Shown: piece by piece, positions 21,701 through 31,651 of the stretch
How the letters are laid out: each line of letters begins with the position of its first letter
Position numbering within the stretch: the first letter of the stretch is position 1
Source of the DNA: Craspedostauros australis
Taxonomy: Eukaryota
Reading direction: 5' to 3'
DNA: 37,059 nt
Assembly (NCBI GenBank): GCA_030167865.1
Contig: JALAGF010006300.1
Location: 1-37,059, forward strand
Program-made: the position numbers and the translations under genes
Notes under the pieces: model-generated
The model's input: the letters and a program-made list of their open reading frames with translations, nothing else
The model's database searches: none
Told to the model about the DNA's origin: nothing

Positions 21701-21712
21701 GTCGACATTTAG
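18707..21712 (+). CDS. LOX: Lipoxygenase LOX-D, predicted plastid-targeted; exons 18707-19285, 19527-20261, 20569-21162, 21362-21712; ~752 aa
   Basis: Same exon architecture. Motifs FARQFLNGVNP, WLFAK, YHEWVSHLGKTHLTMEP, LNYAAR, HAAVNYPQYD, PASVDI*. Presequence ...MLWACPGSA|FQTARP. Confidence 0.95.
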
Positions 21713-22171
21713 CCCGCTTACACGCTGTACCTCGAATCCAGACGCCACAGCAATAGCCAAACAACCACGTTGCCTTTCCGGAGATCATAACGACCTACTA
21801 TGCCCTTGTGGCACAAACGTAGACGCAGTCGTAGTCTGTCAGAGATCACCGAAACGAGTACTTGTTCAGTATTTGAAGCGAAGCTGGAGCAGTACTCTTT
21901 CTATTTGAGCGTAATTCAAAGTGGAGTCGTGGATATTGTAGGGAGTTGCGAGTGAAAGATGACATTTCGCAATTTATTGTTGTTTCCAACTTGAAAACAA
22001 ATGGAAACGCGACGTGACGTGACATGACGCGACAAGGAAAGGTTTGTGTTTGTGAGATGTTCTGCCTGACGCTTGGGTCTGCAGATTCGGCTGGAGATCC
22101 CTCGGACGATTGTCATTGATGAGATTAGGAGAAGCGGCTTGTCGGCTGGAAGCAGTTCATCAGCCGTGGTG

Positions 22172-23674
22172 ATGGGCAGCAGAAATGCAACAGCGCGTGC
22201 TGGCGCTGGCATACCATCTGGACAAAGAGACAAGGATACCGAGATGTGGCAGCAGCAGCAAAGGCGACAGCATGACGCATCGCACGCGTACAGCCGCGCC
22301 AGATGGTACCTAAGACAGCCATACCAGTACGGCACGCATGCCTCCGCTGTTCCGAGCGGTGCGAGCGCCGGAATGGATCGATCCCCCACCAACATGTTCC
22401 AGAGCAGACCAAGGAGGACGATCTGCCTCTGCCCTCCCTCATCTCCTTCGGCCCCACCACCGGCTCCCTTAGCACAGCCATCGTCATCACCAAGGCATCG
22501 TCCATGGCAACGATGCCATCACTGCCACCAACGGCAGCAGCGCGCCATGCCGCACGGATACTTTCGTGACACGAGCATCCGCCGCAGGAGGCGCACGACG
22601 CGCATCAGCCTGTGCATAGCGGCGCTCACGTGTGGAATCATTGCCTATTTCGCTTCCGTTTGGCATTTGGCGTCGCTGTCGGCGCTGACGAGCATGGCAG
22701 GTGGTACAAGCGCCAACTCCAATGTCAGCATCAGTGCCGTCACCAATACAAAGGATCAGGAAATGGGACAGATATCACGTCACCAGCAAGGCTGGAATCC
22801 CATATCGCACTCCTTGTCGCGCTTTTCTTCCGAAGCGACGAAACCAGCTGCGCCATGGCAACACGACGCTTGCGACAGATACCGTATGCGCGAACATTCC
22901 CCCGATCCCATCGCGCAGCAGATCTACACGCAATGGAACTACATCAATCAAACCTTGCAAGCTCACAATACGGACCGCTTCTCCGGCGGCATCTTCCTGT
23001 ATCCGCGCCAAGCATCGCTGCTGCTTGCCATGATCCAACATCAGCAACCCCGCACGATCTGCGAAACCGGCTTCGGTTCTGGGCATTCCATGGCGCTCTT
23101 CGTCGCGGCACATGCCGGCGCATCTATCTACAGCTTTGACAAATTCGATCGGCCGTACCAGCTCGACATCTGGCGGCACTTGCGACGCGATGATCTGTCG
23201 ACGCACGTTGCCGGCGATTCGTGTCGTACCGTGCCGCAACGGTTGCCAGCGCATTGCGAGTTTGTGCACGGCTCCAGTTTGTGTCCCACGGATGTGATGG
23301 ATCTCGTCAAGTACAGCGGCGGTGGCACCATCGTGACGGCGACGGCCATGGCATCTTTGCATGATGGGGAGGTGTACTTTGCGCCACTTGACAAGCCGAA
23401 GACGAAGAAGAACAAACTGCCGCAGTGGGAACTGCTGATGCAACAAGGATGCCTTCGCGACGTGACGTGCTTTGAGGAGGAGGCCATAGTATTGGATCGA
23501 TCGTTTTTCTACGCCAAGAAAGGGGCGCGAATGAGCCATTACTTTTGCATTGGAATAACGACAGGGACCTGCAGCGTCCTCGGTGACATGAAACACAGCA
23601 CATCGCATGAACGCATCGGTCCGCTCGCAGATCTCTGTCCGCAGTATCAAGTAAATGTGCCAACTGTTCTATAA
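22172..23674 (+). CDS. Membrane-anchored class I SAM-dependent methyltransferase (Methyltransf_24-like); start codon uncertain
   Basis: ORF open from 22073, first ATG at 22172. Basic stretch RRRRRTTR, then TM helix ISLCIAALTCGIIAYFASVWHL. SAM motif I TICETGFGSGHS and motif II-like IYSFD. Confidence 0.72.
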   Translation: MGSRNATARAGAGIPSGQRDKDTEMWQQQQRRQHDASHAYSRARWYLRQPYQYGTHASAVPSGASAGMDRSPTNMFQSRPRRTICLCPPSSPSAPPPAPLAQPSSSPRHRPWQRCHHCHQRQQRAMPHGYFRDTSIRRRRRTTRISLCIAALTCGIIAYFASVWHLASLSALTSMAGGTSANSNVSISAVTNTKDQEMGQISRHQQGWNPISHSLSRFSSEATKPAAPWQHDACDRYRMREHSPDPIAQQIYTQWNYINQTLQAHNTDRFSGGIFLYPRQASLLLAMIQHQQPRTICETGFGSGHSMALFVAAHAGASIYSFDKFDRPYQLDIWRHLRRDDLSTHVAGDSCRTVPQRLPAHCEFVHGSSLCPTDVMDLVKYSGGGTIVTATAMASLHDGEVYFAPLDKPKTKKNKLPQWELLMQQGCLRDVTCFEEEAIVLDRSFFYAKKGARMSHYFCIGITTGTCSVLGDMKHSTSHERIGPLADLCPQYQVNVPTVL

Positions 23675-23682
23675 ATTGGAGC

Positions 23683-25968
23683 TTATCCCATCTTGGACCA
23701 CCAGCCGGACGAGTCCCATCCCTTCTTCTTGTGGTAGTCGCTGAGGTGGGAGTAGGCGGACTTGGCCTCCGACGCCGAATAGGTCCCCACCTGCGAGGCG
23801 GTGGCTGGACGTCGATGGGCGGGTGCCGACTTGCGGTGTCGTTTGGATGGCGTTGCGGTCTCCTCTTCGTTGTTGTCGTCACCGTCCTTGGCAGAGGATT
23901 TTTCCTTCGCTTCCTTCTGTGCGGCCGCGAGCAAGGAGTTGTACTTGGCCTCGGTGAGGTCGGTGGCTGCCTGCAGTCGGCCGTCGCCCACCACGAGCAG
24001 CGAGCGGACGGAGACGATGACGGACTCAATGTCGTTGACGGGGTTCCATCCCTCCTTGGTGAGCAGCTCCATGCAAAGGGCGCCGTTCATGACGAAGCCC
24101 GTCTGGCGCTTGAAGCGTGGCTTGACGACGCGGACGAAGGGCGGTTCGAACGGGTACTGGTCCGGGAAGGACATCTCAAGTTCGACGTTCTCGAGACCGA
24201 GCACGAGCATGTCCTTGGCGAGGTTTGAGTCGGCGTCGAACTGGAAGAGCTGGATCTTCCAGCGTTCCATGGAGTCCTCGGACTGCGGCGAGAGGCTGAA
24301 GCCGGATTCCAGCGTGTCCTGGTTCATGATTTTGTACAGGTCCTGCGCGAGACGACGTTTGCTGCCCGTGGACTCAGACTGCGCCCGCAGGGACATGTTG
24401 ACCGCCTGTCTTGTGGGTTCTCGCCATTTGCGTTTGGGCGCTGCTTCCGCTGGCGAGGACGACGCCGAGAAGAGGCTGTTGGGCGCTGCCGGTGCCGCTG
24501 AAGCGGACGCTGCGACGGGTGAGGAGGCCGAAGCCGCCATGGGCGATGGAGCAGAGTCCTCCTCCACGATCGCCGCGCCGGTCGTTGCGACGGCTGCAGC
24601 AGGCGTGGAAGCAGTGCTGAATGTGTTGGCGTGCTCCGATTGCATGATGAAGCCCGAGTACGCGACTTCGTCCTCATCCTCGTATTCGTACTCGAAGTCC
24701 GATTCGTCGTCCTCCTCTTCGTCATCTCCCATGGTGGTCTGCGCTTCTTCTGCGTCCGCATCTGTGGCATGCGCAGAGGGATCGCTGCTGATGGGCGCAT
24801 CGCTGCCATCGGCGCTCATTGCGGCCTCCGTGCTTGCGTTCGCGGCCACACGGGCGTCGGCGTCGACGTCCACGTTCGCCTGCGCAACAGCCTCCGGCTT
24901 GGCATCGCCTTCGTCCAGCGGGATCTGGGCTGCCTGTCTGGGAGAAGGGTCGTTCGTGGGGGCGGGTGCTGCAATGACGGCGTCATCGTCGTTGCTCGCG
25001 GAGTGCGTGGTGCTGCTGCTGGCGGCCACGATGTTGGTGGAGACCTGCCGCAGGTTGTTCATGCCGTTGCTTCGATTGTTGCTGCTGCTGTTGCCGCTAT
25101 TGCTGGGTTCGACCACAGCCGCCCCCATCTTCGCCAAATTGAAAAGGCGGGTTTGTTCGTCGCTGCTCTCGTTGGCGGAGCTCACGCGCTTGGCATTGTG
25201 CTGGTTCTGCGCCTGCGCTTGCACTTGCATTTGGTTGCCGTCCATCTGGGTGTCCATTGTGGTGAAGTCGTTGTGGTTGTTGTTGTCTTTGGTGTTGTGG
25301 CAGTTGTAGCTACTGCTGTTGTCGGTGATATCGTGCGTCGGGCTTTTTCCGCCGCGGACCGTTTTGTGTTCTTTGCGGCAGTTGCGCGATGCGTCCGAAG
25401 AGTCGTTGCGGCCGCTTTTGCTGCTGTTGTCTGCGTTCTCGCGCGCTTCTGCTAGTTGTTCTGCGGGTTTGCTGCCTTCTCCGTTTCGCGTTGCTTGGTC
25501 TGCCTTCTCCAGCCGCTTTTGCGAATACTGTCGCCGTTGCTTGGTTCCTTCGCTGTCACTGCTGTTGCCGTCTCCTATACTCAACTGCGCCTCAAATCGA
25601 TTCGACAGATCGTCGTCTGCTGCTGTTGTTTGTTGTGTGGCGATGGCCTCTTTCGGTGTCTTTGTGAGTGCTGTGGTTGCGGAACTACCAATAGTCGTGC
25701 TTGTGCGAGCGCAATTGCGAGTGCGGACAGTGTGGTCAGCAGAACCGTCATCTGCCTCTTTGATGCCGCCCTCTCTCGCCTCTTTGCGTTCCACACCGCT
25801 CTTGCCCTCGTTACGCCCGCTGTGCCCTGTTTGAGTTCCTTTCTGTTCGTTGACGCAGCGCCACAAAAAGCGCGGCTGCTTCTCGTTGGTCACACCCATC
25901 GTCCTCACCAGTGTTTTTGTGTCCATTTCAAAACAGACATCCAACGCCGCCGTCTTCTTCACGACCAT
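23683..25968 (-). CDS. UBE2Q: Ubiquitin-conjugating enzyme E2, UBE2Q-like, with long low-complexity N-terminus (true start may be a downstream Met, e.g. 25257)
   Basis: C-terminal UBC fold: FPDQYPFEPPFVRVVKPRF..GFVMNGALCMELLTKEGW (active-site Cys). The UBE2Q-type tail YS..EA..AY....YHKKKGW is present. Confidence 0.88.
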   Translation of the reverse strand: MVVKKTAALDVCFEMDTKTLVRTMGVTNEKQPRFLWRCVNEQKGTQTGHSGRNEGKSGVERKEAREGGIKEADDGSADHTVRTRNCARTSTTIGSSATTALTKTPKEAIATQQTTAADDDLSNRFEAQLSIGDGNSSDSEGTKQRRQYSQKRLEKADQATRNGEGSKPAEQLAEARENADNSSKSGRNDSSDASRNCRKEHKTVRGGKSPTHDITDNSSSYNCHNTKDNNNHNDFTTMDTQMDGNQMQVQAQAQNQHNAKRVSSANESSDEQTRLFNLAKMGAAVVEPSNSGNSSSNNRSNGMNNLRQVSTNIVAASSSTTHSASNDDDAVIAAPAPTNDPSPRQAAQIPLDEGDAKPEAVAQANVDVDADARVAANASTEAAMSADGSDAPISSDPSAHATDADAEEAQTTMGDDEEEDDESDFEYEYEDEDEVAYSGFIMQSEHANTFSTASTPAAAVATTGAAIVEEDSAPSPMAASASSPVAASASAAPAAPNSLFSASSSPAEAAPKRKWREPTRQAVNMSLRAQSESTGSKRRLAQDLYKIMNQDTLESGFSLSPQSEDSMERWKIQLFQFDADSNLAKDMLVLGLENVELEMSFPDQYPFEPPFVRVVKPRFKRQTGFVMNGALCMELLTKEGWNPVNDIESVIVSVRSLLVVGDGRLQAATDLTEAKYNSLLAAAQKEAKEKSSAKDGDDNNEEETATPSKRHRKSAPAHRRPATASQVGTYSASEAKSAYSHLSDYHKKKGWDSSGWWSKMG

Positions 25969-26904
25969 ACTGTGTCACACCATTTATCACCGCGTTACAT
26001 AATCGTGTTTGATTGGACAAAACACGTCCTCCAATCGCGCCCACCGTGTTTTGTCGGGCTGGCGTGGAAATCGTGTGGTCGGAGGAGTCGCAAAAAAGTG
26101 GATTGCGCGTGCTTGCGTTTTGAGTGTTCGCAAATGCTACGGCGTGGGAGAGTAGCTCGCAGAGGATGTGGAGACGCAACCACGGAGACACGATCGTGAT
26201 GCAGGCAGCATGGTTCTTGCTATGGCATGCTTGATCTCCGTAGCACGGTTGCGACCACTATTTGTTCAACGTGTATTCTCCGTATTTCTCGTTTGATGAT
26301 GGACCTCAATACTCTCTCTCTCTCTCTCCGTCCAGAGTCATCACGAGATTCCACGCTAATCGGTGATCGATTTCGGCATCGCAGTTTTCGGTTCACTTCC
26401 GGCGGCCTCGCGATTGACTTTGGCCTTCTCCGACAAGTCATGCACCGTGAAATCTCAACGAAAAATCAGAAAGGCAGCGTGCGCCGAAGTTCACGTTCGC
26501 CGTGTTGAGCCGCCTTGCCACGCAGCGATCATCGTCGTGTATAGTACATGAAGAGCACACGCCTCCAATCGAAGACGTCGAGGCCACTCGCCAGGGGTTT
26601 TCCTCAGAGTGGTCAATGAAGTCATGTGTGTGATGCACGACTTGCAATTGCTCGGAACTTGGTGTTGTCTCCGGAGAGAGGCCCATGTAGCTCGCAGGTC
26701 GCAGAGTGTAGCTTCAGCCAGAGCATTGCAACAACGCAGTTAGCTCCGCAAGCCCTGTCCTGTCATAGATTCATAAGACCCTCATCTTTGAATCGCAAAT
26801 AGGACTCTCTACTCTACACACTTTACGATTGCATGCTTGGGATCCAGTGCGATATTCTAAAATACATGCCACGAGCACTACATGTCACATGACCAAGTTA
26901 CGGA

Positions 26905-29900
26905 TCATTGTTGTACGTGCGCGCGCGCTGATCTCAACTTCTCCACCTTCCTCGTTGCACCCCATTCCTCGTACAGCCGAATGGCTTCTTCCATGACCTG
27001 ATCGGCCGCATCGTCCATCCCCATCCTTGTCAAGCACTCCGAAAGGCGCTCATTCGCCAGCGCTTGATCGTTCGTGAAGCCGCAACTTGTGGCGAGATCG
27101 ATCGCATCCTTGAACTTCACGACGGCAGAGTCAAACTTGGATCGCACCATCTTGTGTTCTGCTTGCACCAACGCGTAGCTGTGTTGGCAGTTTGGGTTGC
27201 CCATGTCGGCCCACTTCTGGAGCTGCTTGCGGCACCGGTCTCCTTGCTTGCGGTATGTGGCTGCTTTCGATTTGCTGGAGGTTGTGTAGCTCGTAGCGTA
27301 GCAGCAGATGCTGCCGTACGCTGCGACAACTGGAAGTTGGCTTACTCCTGGAATTTTCTTCAACAGCTCGTCGAAGGATTCCAGAGACGTGACTGCGCCG
27401 CTCTCAAAGTCGGCCAAGAACGTAACTGCGATCAGCCGGTATGCCATCGTAAAAAGGGCAGCGGTCTCATCTATCTGCTCAGGTGGCTGCGCGAAGAAGG
27501 CATCTTCATCGAACACGTGTCCTTTCAGCTTGGTTTCATGGTCGGAAAGGCCCCGGAGATTTTGCACGGCCTGCCAACTGATGTCGAGATAGTATTTTTG
27601 CTCGAGTTGCTGAGCGTCGTTCATGGTATGGGCGAAACTCAGCATGTCCCGATCCAGTTGAGCTAGCGGTTTGCCAATGAACATCTCGATTTGTAGATGA
27701 TTGGAGCGACTTCGAAATGCTGAAAGGACATCACCGGATGCCATGCCCAGCTCGTAGGCTCTCCACATTTGCTGCAAGATACCCTCCATCGGCCTTATCC
27801 AATGCATAGTGCCTCCATGCAGCGTGTAGATTACCTTACTTTTGCAGCTTTGATTGGATGCGTGATCCGTCATCTGTATGGAGATATCGCCAATCGTTTC
27901 CGCGGTTTTGAGATCTCCCATCACATGGCCGAAGATATAGGCGAGATGGGCAAAGGCCGAAGATGAGTAAGGCAGTATGCCATGCTTCATTGTCTTACCC
28001 ACGGACTCAAGAATGGCCAACGGGAACAGTTCCGGAGCAACGAAGAAAGACATACTAACCAGCTGGTCCAGCACTTGCATCGCAGCTACTTGTGTTGGAT
28101 CCGTGCACAATGGCATGCTTCGAAAGGACTCCACAGTCCATCTCGGTGCCACTCGTTTCATCTTGAGGAGACCACGTATCACCTTGAAGTTCCTGCCAAA
28201 CTTGCTTCTTGGGAACCTGCATCCAAGTTGGCCTAACACAGACATGATTGTTGGGATCGTCTTCGTTGTCCGAATTTCGTGAGGTCCAATGAAGACACCA
28301 TCGATAACGATGCGGTACGCCCGGACCTTGTCAAGGATGGAGCAATCCAATGACAACACGCTCGAGCAGTATCGTTCCACCTCATCGGTGTTTGCATTGA
28401 TGTACGCGCATTCGGCGGCCGACGAAAAGATGTCGATGCTCTGATGAAGATGGGTCTTCCAATGATCAGATGGCAACAGCTCCATTGCCGTCCGGAAATA
28501 CTCCGCCGCAGCTTGGAATGCAGCGCATTCGACAGCAAGCTGACCTGCCTTGGAGTTGAGCATGGCGATCCTCATGCGACGATCGGTGTGCTGAGCAGTG
28601 GCGGGTACGAGATCGAGCCTGGCATTGATGAGGCCAGCGATCATGTGGACCTTGTCCTCTCGTATCTCACCCTTCGAGTATGAGGTGAGCAAGACATCAC
28701 CAACTCTGTGCCGCAGCTCGGAGAGCTTGTCTTGAGGAACGAGCGACAGTGCAGCTTCCTGGACTTGATCGTGGATGAAGGTGTATCGATACCCTTGCTT
28801 TCCATTGGCGTTGTTCGTGGGCTGCTGCTGAGTGCCGATGCCCGTATCCTTCGTTCCAGACTTTCGGCGTTGAGAGCTGCGATGCAGATGTTGCTCGATG
28901 AGACCTTCTCTCTCACAGACATCCAGACTTTGTTGAATACCTTCGTACGAGATGAGGTGCGCCTGTTGCCGTTGCAGCTCTTGTGACCGCTCCGATTGAC
29001 GGAGGGATGAAGCACCATGCGACCGTTGTGATCCATCCGATCTCTGAGATGCATCTGATGACTGTGAAGATGGCATCAGCGCAGCATTCTCATCTGACGT
29101 CAACAGATCCTTGAAGAACGCTCTGTGGCCGGAGTGGATGGACAGTGTCCGGATCGCAAGGATCAGCCTGCGGTTCGAGAATGTGGATCCAAGGCATGCC
29201 GCGATCGGCAGCACGTGACGAGCAGCGTCCAGACGATCCAGCTTCTGCTTCATCAGATCAACCATATTGGCCGTGGCGGATGACCCGGCCATGATCTTCT
29301 GCTCGTCCCAGATCCATTTCATCCCGCCGTCCTCATCCACGGACAGCAGCTTCTCGTACACCAGCGACTCGAGGAACTGCTTCATGAAGAAGATGTTGCC
29401 TCCAGTCTTGCGGTGCACAATGTCAGCAAGACCGTTCACGTCGTCGTCNNNNNNNNNNNNNNNNNNNNNNNNNNNNNNNNNNNNNNNNNNNNNNNNNNCG
29501 AGGAACTGCTTCATGAAGAAGATGTTGCCTCCAGTCTTGCGGTGCACAATGTCAGCAAGACCGTTCACGTCGTCGTCATTGTCGGGCAGGAGGATCTCGA
29601 CGAGAAGATGGCGGACGCTCTGCAACGGTAGATCTTGGATCGGGATGTCAAGGATACGGATGGATCTCTCTCGTTTGCATTCTTGAAGAGCCGTGATCAT
29701 GTCTTGAAGGCCTTGGCTTTGATCGAGCTCATTGGATCTGAAGCATCCGATGATCATCAGGGATGAGATGTCGCCATCCATCGCCCATGTCTGCATGATG
29801 TCGATCGATGCCTTGTCAGCCCATTGGATGTCGTCCATCATGATCACCAGCGGGCTGTGATTGCAGACGATCCGAAGGAATCGCTTGAGCGTGTGCTTGA

Positions 29901-30936
29901 TTCGATCGGACTTCGCTTTGTATCCTTCCGTGACTGCGACTGATGCTGATTGAGCGGATAGATCAAGTCCATGAGCAGCCGATCCTGAGGTGGATGTTCT
30001 CGTGAACGAAGATTGTTTGATCAGAGATTGCTCACGAATGTCATGCGATGATGTGCTTGCATCTTCATCGGCATGTGCGCTGACATCATCATCGCTAATT
30101 TCTTGAAGGTCATGGCCCTTGTTCTGTCGATCTGCAATTGCATTGTTGGTGCTCTCGCCGACCATCATCTCAAGTAGACCTGGAATGATCTTGTACAGGG
30201 TCTTGAGCTCCTTCGATGACAGACGCCGAATCAATGCTTGGTGCAATGTCGAGAATCTTCGCGGATCGTCCACTGCCGCAGCAGCCATACGAGTATCCTC
30301 CTGAGGCAATGCCATGATCTGCTCCACCAGCTGGCCCATCGCGTTCTTGATGCCCGCGTACGGTTCCTCCATCTGCTGAAGATCGAACTTGCCAGAAATG
30401 AAGAAGGCGAAGTTGTCGAGGCAGTGCTGCTTGTAGTGCATGGCGAGTGCGGACTTGCCGCTTCCTGATGGTCCCGAGATGAAGCATACTGTCTTCAGAC
30501 TTGTGCGATGGCGCTGCTCGCGACGTTGCTGTTTGTGATGCATTTCGTCTTCACTGTTGTGGTTGGAGGTGAAGCTATCACTGCTGGTGGTGGTGCTGGT
30601 GGTGGTGATGCTGGTGCTATCCAGATTTCGCGTGCCTTGGGTGGCTCGCTTTCTGTTGAGCATCTGATTGATGGCATTGGATAGCACCCGTTTCTCCTTG
30701 TCCCGCCCAACGATTCCAGCGCGGTCGAAGTTGAAGGCATAACCATGTTGATGGGCAAGGGATAGTCCGCTGCTGGTGAGCGAGTCTGTGTCTGACATGT
30801 TGGTCGATGGATCGTTGAGGCTCTTCGTGCTGCTCGTCCTGTTCTTGTGCAGCATGTTGGACTGGGGTGTGCCGGCCAGCGGCACGGGAGACGATGTCGT
30901 TGTTGTCATTGTCGTCATCGTTGGCGTTGATGTCAT
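26905..30936 (-). CDS. STAND-class P-loop ATPase (AAA_16-like) with C-terminal TPR-like helical repeats; ~1300 aa after gap correction
   Basis: GIVGRDKE, Walker A ISGPSGSGKS, SGKFD...EPY, Walker B IMMDDIQWAD, HRKTGGNIFF, YTFIHDQVQEAA, C-terminal ALANERL...AIRLYEEWGATRKV. These match the ATPase-TPR core of bacterial STK/ATPase/histidine-kinase sensors. Confidence 0.85.
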   Translation of the reverse strand: MTSTPTMTTMTTTTSSPVPLAGTPQSNMLHKNRTSSTKSLNDPSTNMSDTDSLTSSGLSLAHQHGYAFNFDRAGIVGRDKEKRVLSNAINQMLNRKRATQGTRNLDSTSITTTSTTTSSDSFTSNHNSEDEMHHKQQRREQRHRTSLKTVCFISGPSGSGKSALAMHYKQHCLDNFAFFISGKFDLQQMEEPYAGIKNAMGQLVEQIMALPQEDTRMAAAAVDDPRRFSTLHQALIRRLSSKELKTLYKIIPGLLEMMVGESTNNAIADRQNKGHDLQEISDDDVSAHADEDASTSSHDIREQSLIKQSSFTRTSTSGSAAHGLDLSAQSASVAVTEGYKAKSDRIKHTLKRFLRIVCNHSPLVIMMDDIQWADKASIDIMQTWAMDGDISSLMIIGCFRSNELDQSQGLQDMITALQECKRERSIRILDIPIQDLPLQSVRHLLVEILLPDNDDDVNGLADIVHRKTGGNIFFMKQFLXXXXXXXXXXXXXXXXXDDDVNGLADIVHRKTGGNIFFMKQFLESLVYEKLLSVDEDGGMKWIWDEQKIMAGSSATANMVDLMKQKLDRLDAARHVLPIAACLGSTFSNRRLILAIRTLSIHSGHRAFFKDLLTSDENAALMPSSQSSDASQRSDGSQRSHGASSLRQSERSQELQRQQAHLISYEGIQQSLDVCEREGLIEQHLHRSSQRRKSGTKDTGIGTQQQPTNNANGKQGYRYTFIHDQVQEAALSLVPQDKLSELRHRVGDVLLTSYSKGEIREDKVHMIAGLINARLDLVPATAQHTDRRMRIAMLNSKAGQLAVECAAFQAAAEYFRTAMELLPSDHWKTHLHQSIDIFSSAAECAYINANTDEVERYCSSVLSLDCSILDKVRAYRIVIDGVFIGPHEIRTTKTIPTIMSVLGQLGCRFPRSKFGRNFKVIRGLLKMKRVAPRWTVESFRSMPLCTDPTQVAAMQVLDQLVSMSFFVAPELFPLAILESVGKTMKHGILPYSSSAFAHLAYIFGHVMGDLKTAETIGDISIQMTDHASNQSCKSKVIYTLHGGTMHWIRPMEGILQQMWRAYELGMASGDVLSAFRSRSNHLQIEMFIGKPLAQLDRDMLSFAHTMNDAQQLEQKYYLDISWQAVQNLRGLSDHETKLKGHVFDEDAFFAQPPEQIDETAALFTMAYRLIAVTFLADFESGAVTSLESFDELLKKIPGVSQLPVVAAYGSICCYATSYTTSSKSKAATYRKQGDRCRKQLQKWADMGNPNCQHSYALVQAEHKMVRSKFDSAVVKFKDAIDLATSCGFTNDQALANERLSECLTRMGMDDAADQVMEEAIRLYEEWGATRKVEKLRSARAHVQQ
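29449..29498. other. Assembly gap (50 N) flanked by an identical 79-bp overlap (29370-29448 = 29499-29577)
   Basis: Direct comparison of the sequence on both sides of the N run. Confidence 0.95.
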
Positions 30937-31651
30937 TGCGATCGTCGATTTGGCTGTTGTGGATGTCGAAATTGTGGAACGGTCTTGTGGATGCCGACTT
31001 TGAGGTGCCAGCTCCGGTTTCAGTTTGTGATCTCCAGCTGCACTGGGCGTTGCGTTTGTTCATTCTGGCAAGTGCAAATTCGTTCCACAATGCGATAGCG
31101 CCTCCACTGGAAAGTTGTTATCCCCTTGGCGAGGGCAATTTCCTCCTTCCGCTCTCCCTGTTGGGCAGTTTCAGGCATCTGTGTATCGATGCGGCAGCGC
31201 CCGAAACATCCCCAGCTGGAGAGGACGAGTTCTGCAGTTCTTGGCAGATGATACCAAGATGATGCAAGGGCGCGTCGCCACAAACTTCGTGTCTGTTGTC
31301 GGGTGCCTTGACTCGCACGAAATACTGGCACGGCCGCCCGGATCGTTCACAAAAGTACTTGCGTCTCGCTGGGAACGCGAAACGGAAGTTGACCTTTTGT
31401 GCGGTGTATCGGACCTCGAAATCACGAAGTTGGTTTTCGCGTTGGCACCCGCGTTGATATTTGTGGATTTGGTCACAACATGCTTTTGGGAATGACGTGG
31501 AACGAGTGTTCAGCTTTCGACACGTTCTACTTCACCACGCAAAGGGGACATTGATGACGTGGAAAAACAATCATTGGCAAATGTTGTATTTACGGACTTT
31601 TCCTACTACTGTATTGAGTTGTTTGTTTCGAGTTGGATTTCGAATGCTATT

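Noticed and set aside
23801..25309. 502-aa + strand ORF
   Set aside because: Antisense shadow of the GC-rich, low-complexity UBE2Q CDS; no motifs of its own.
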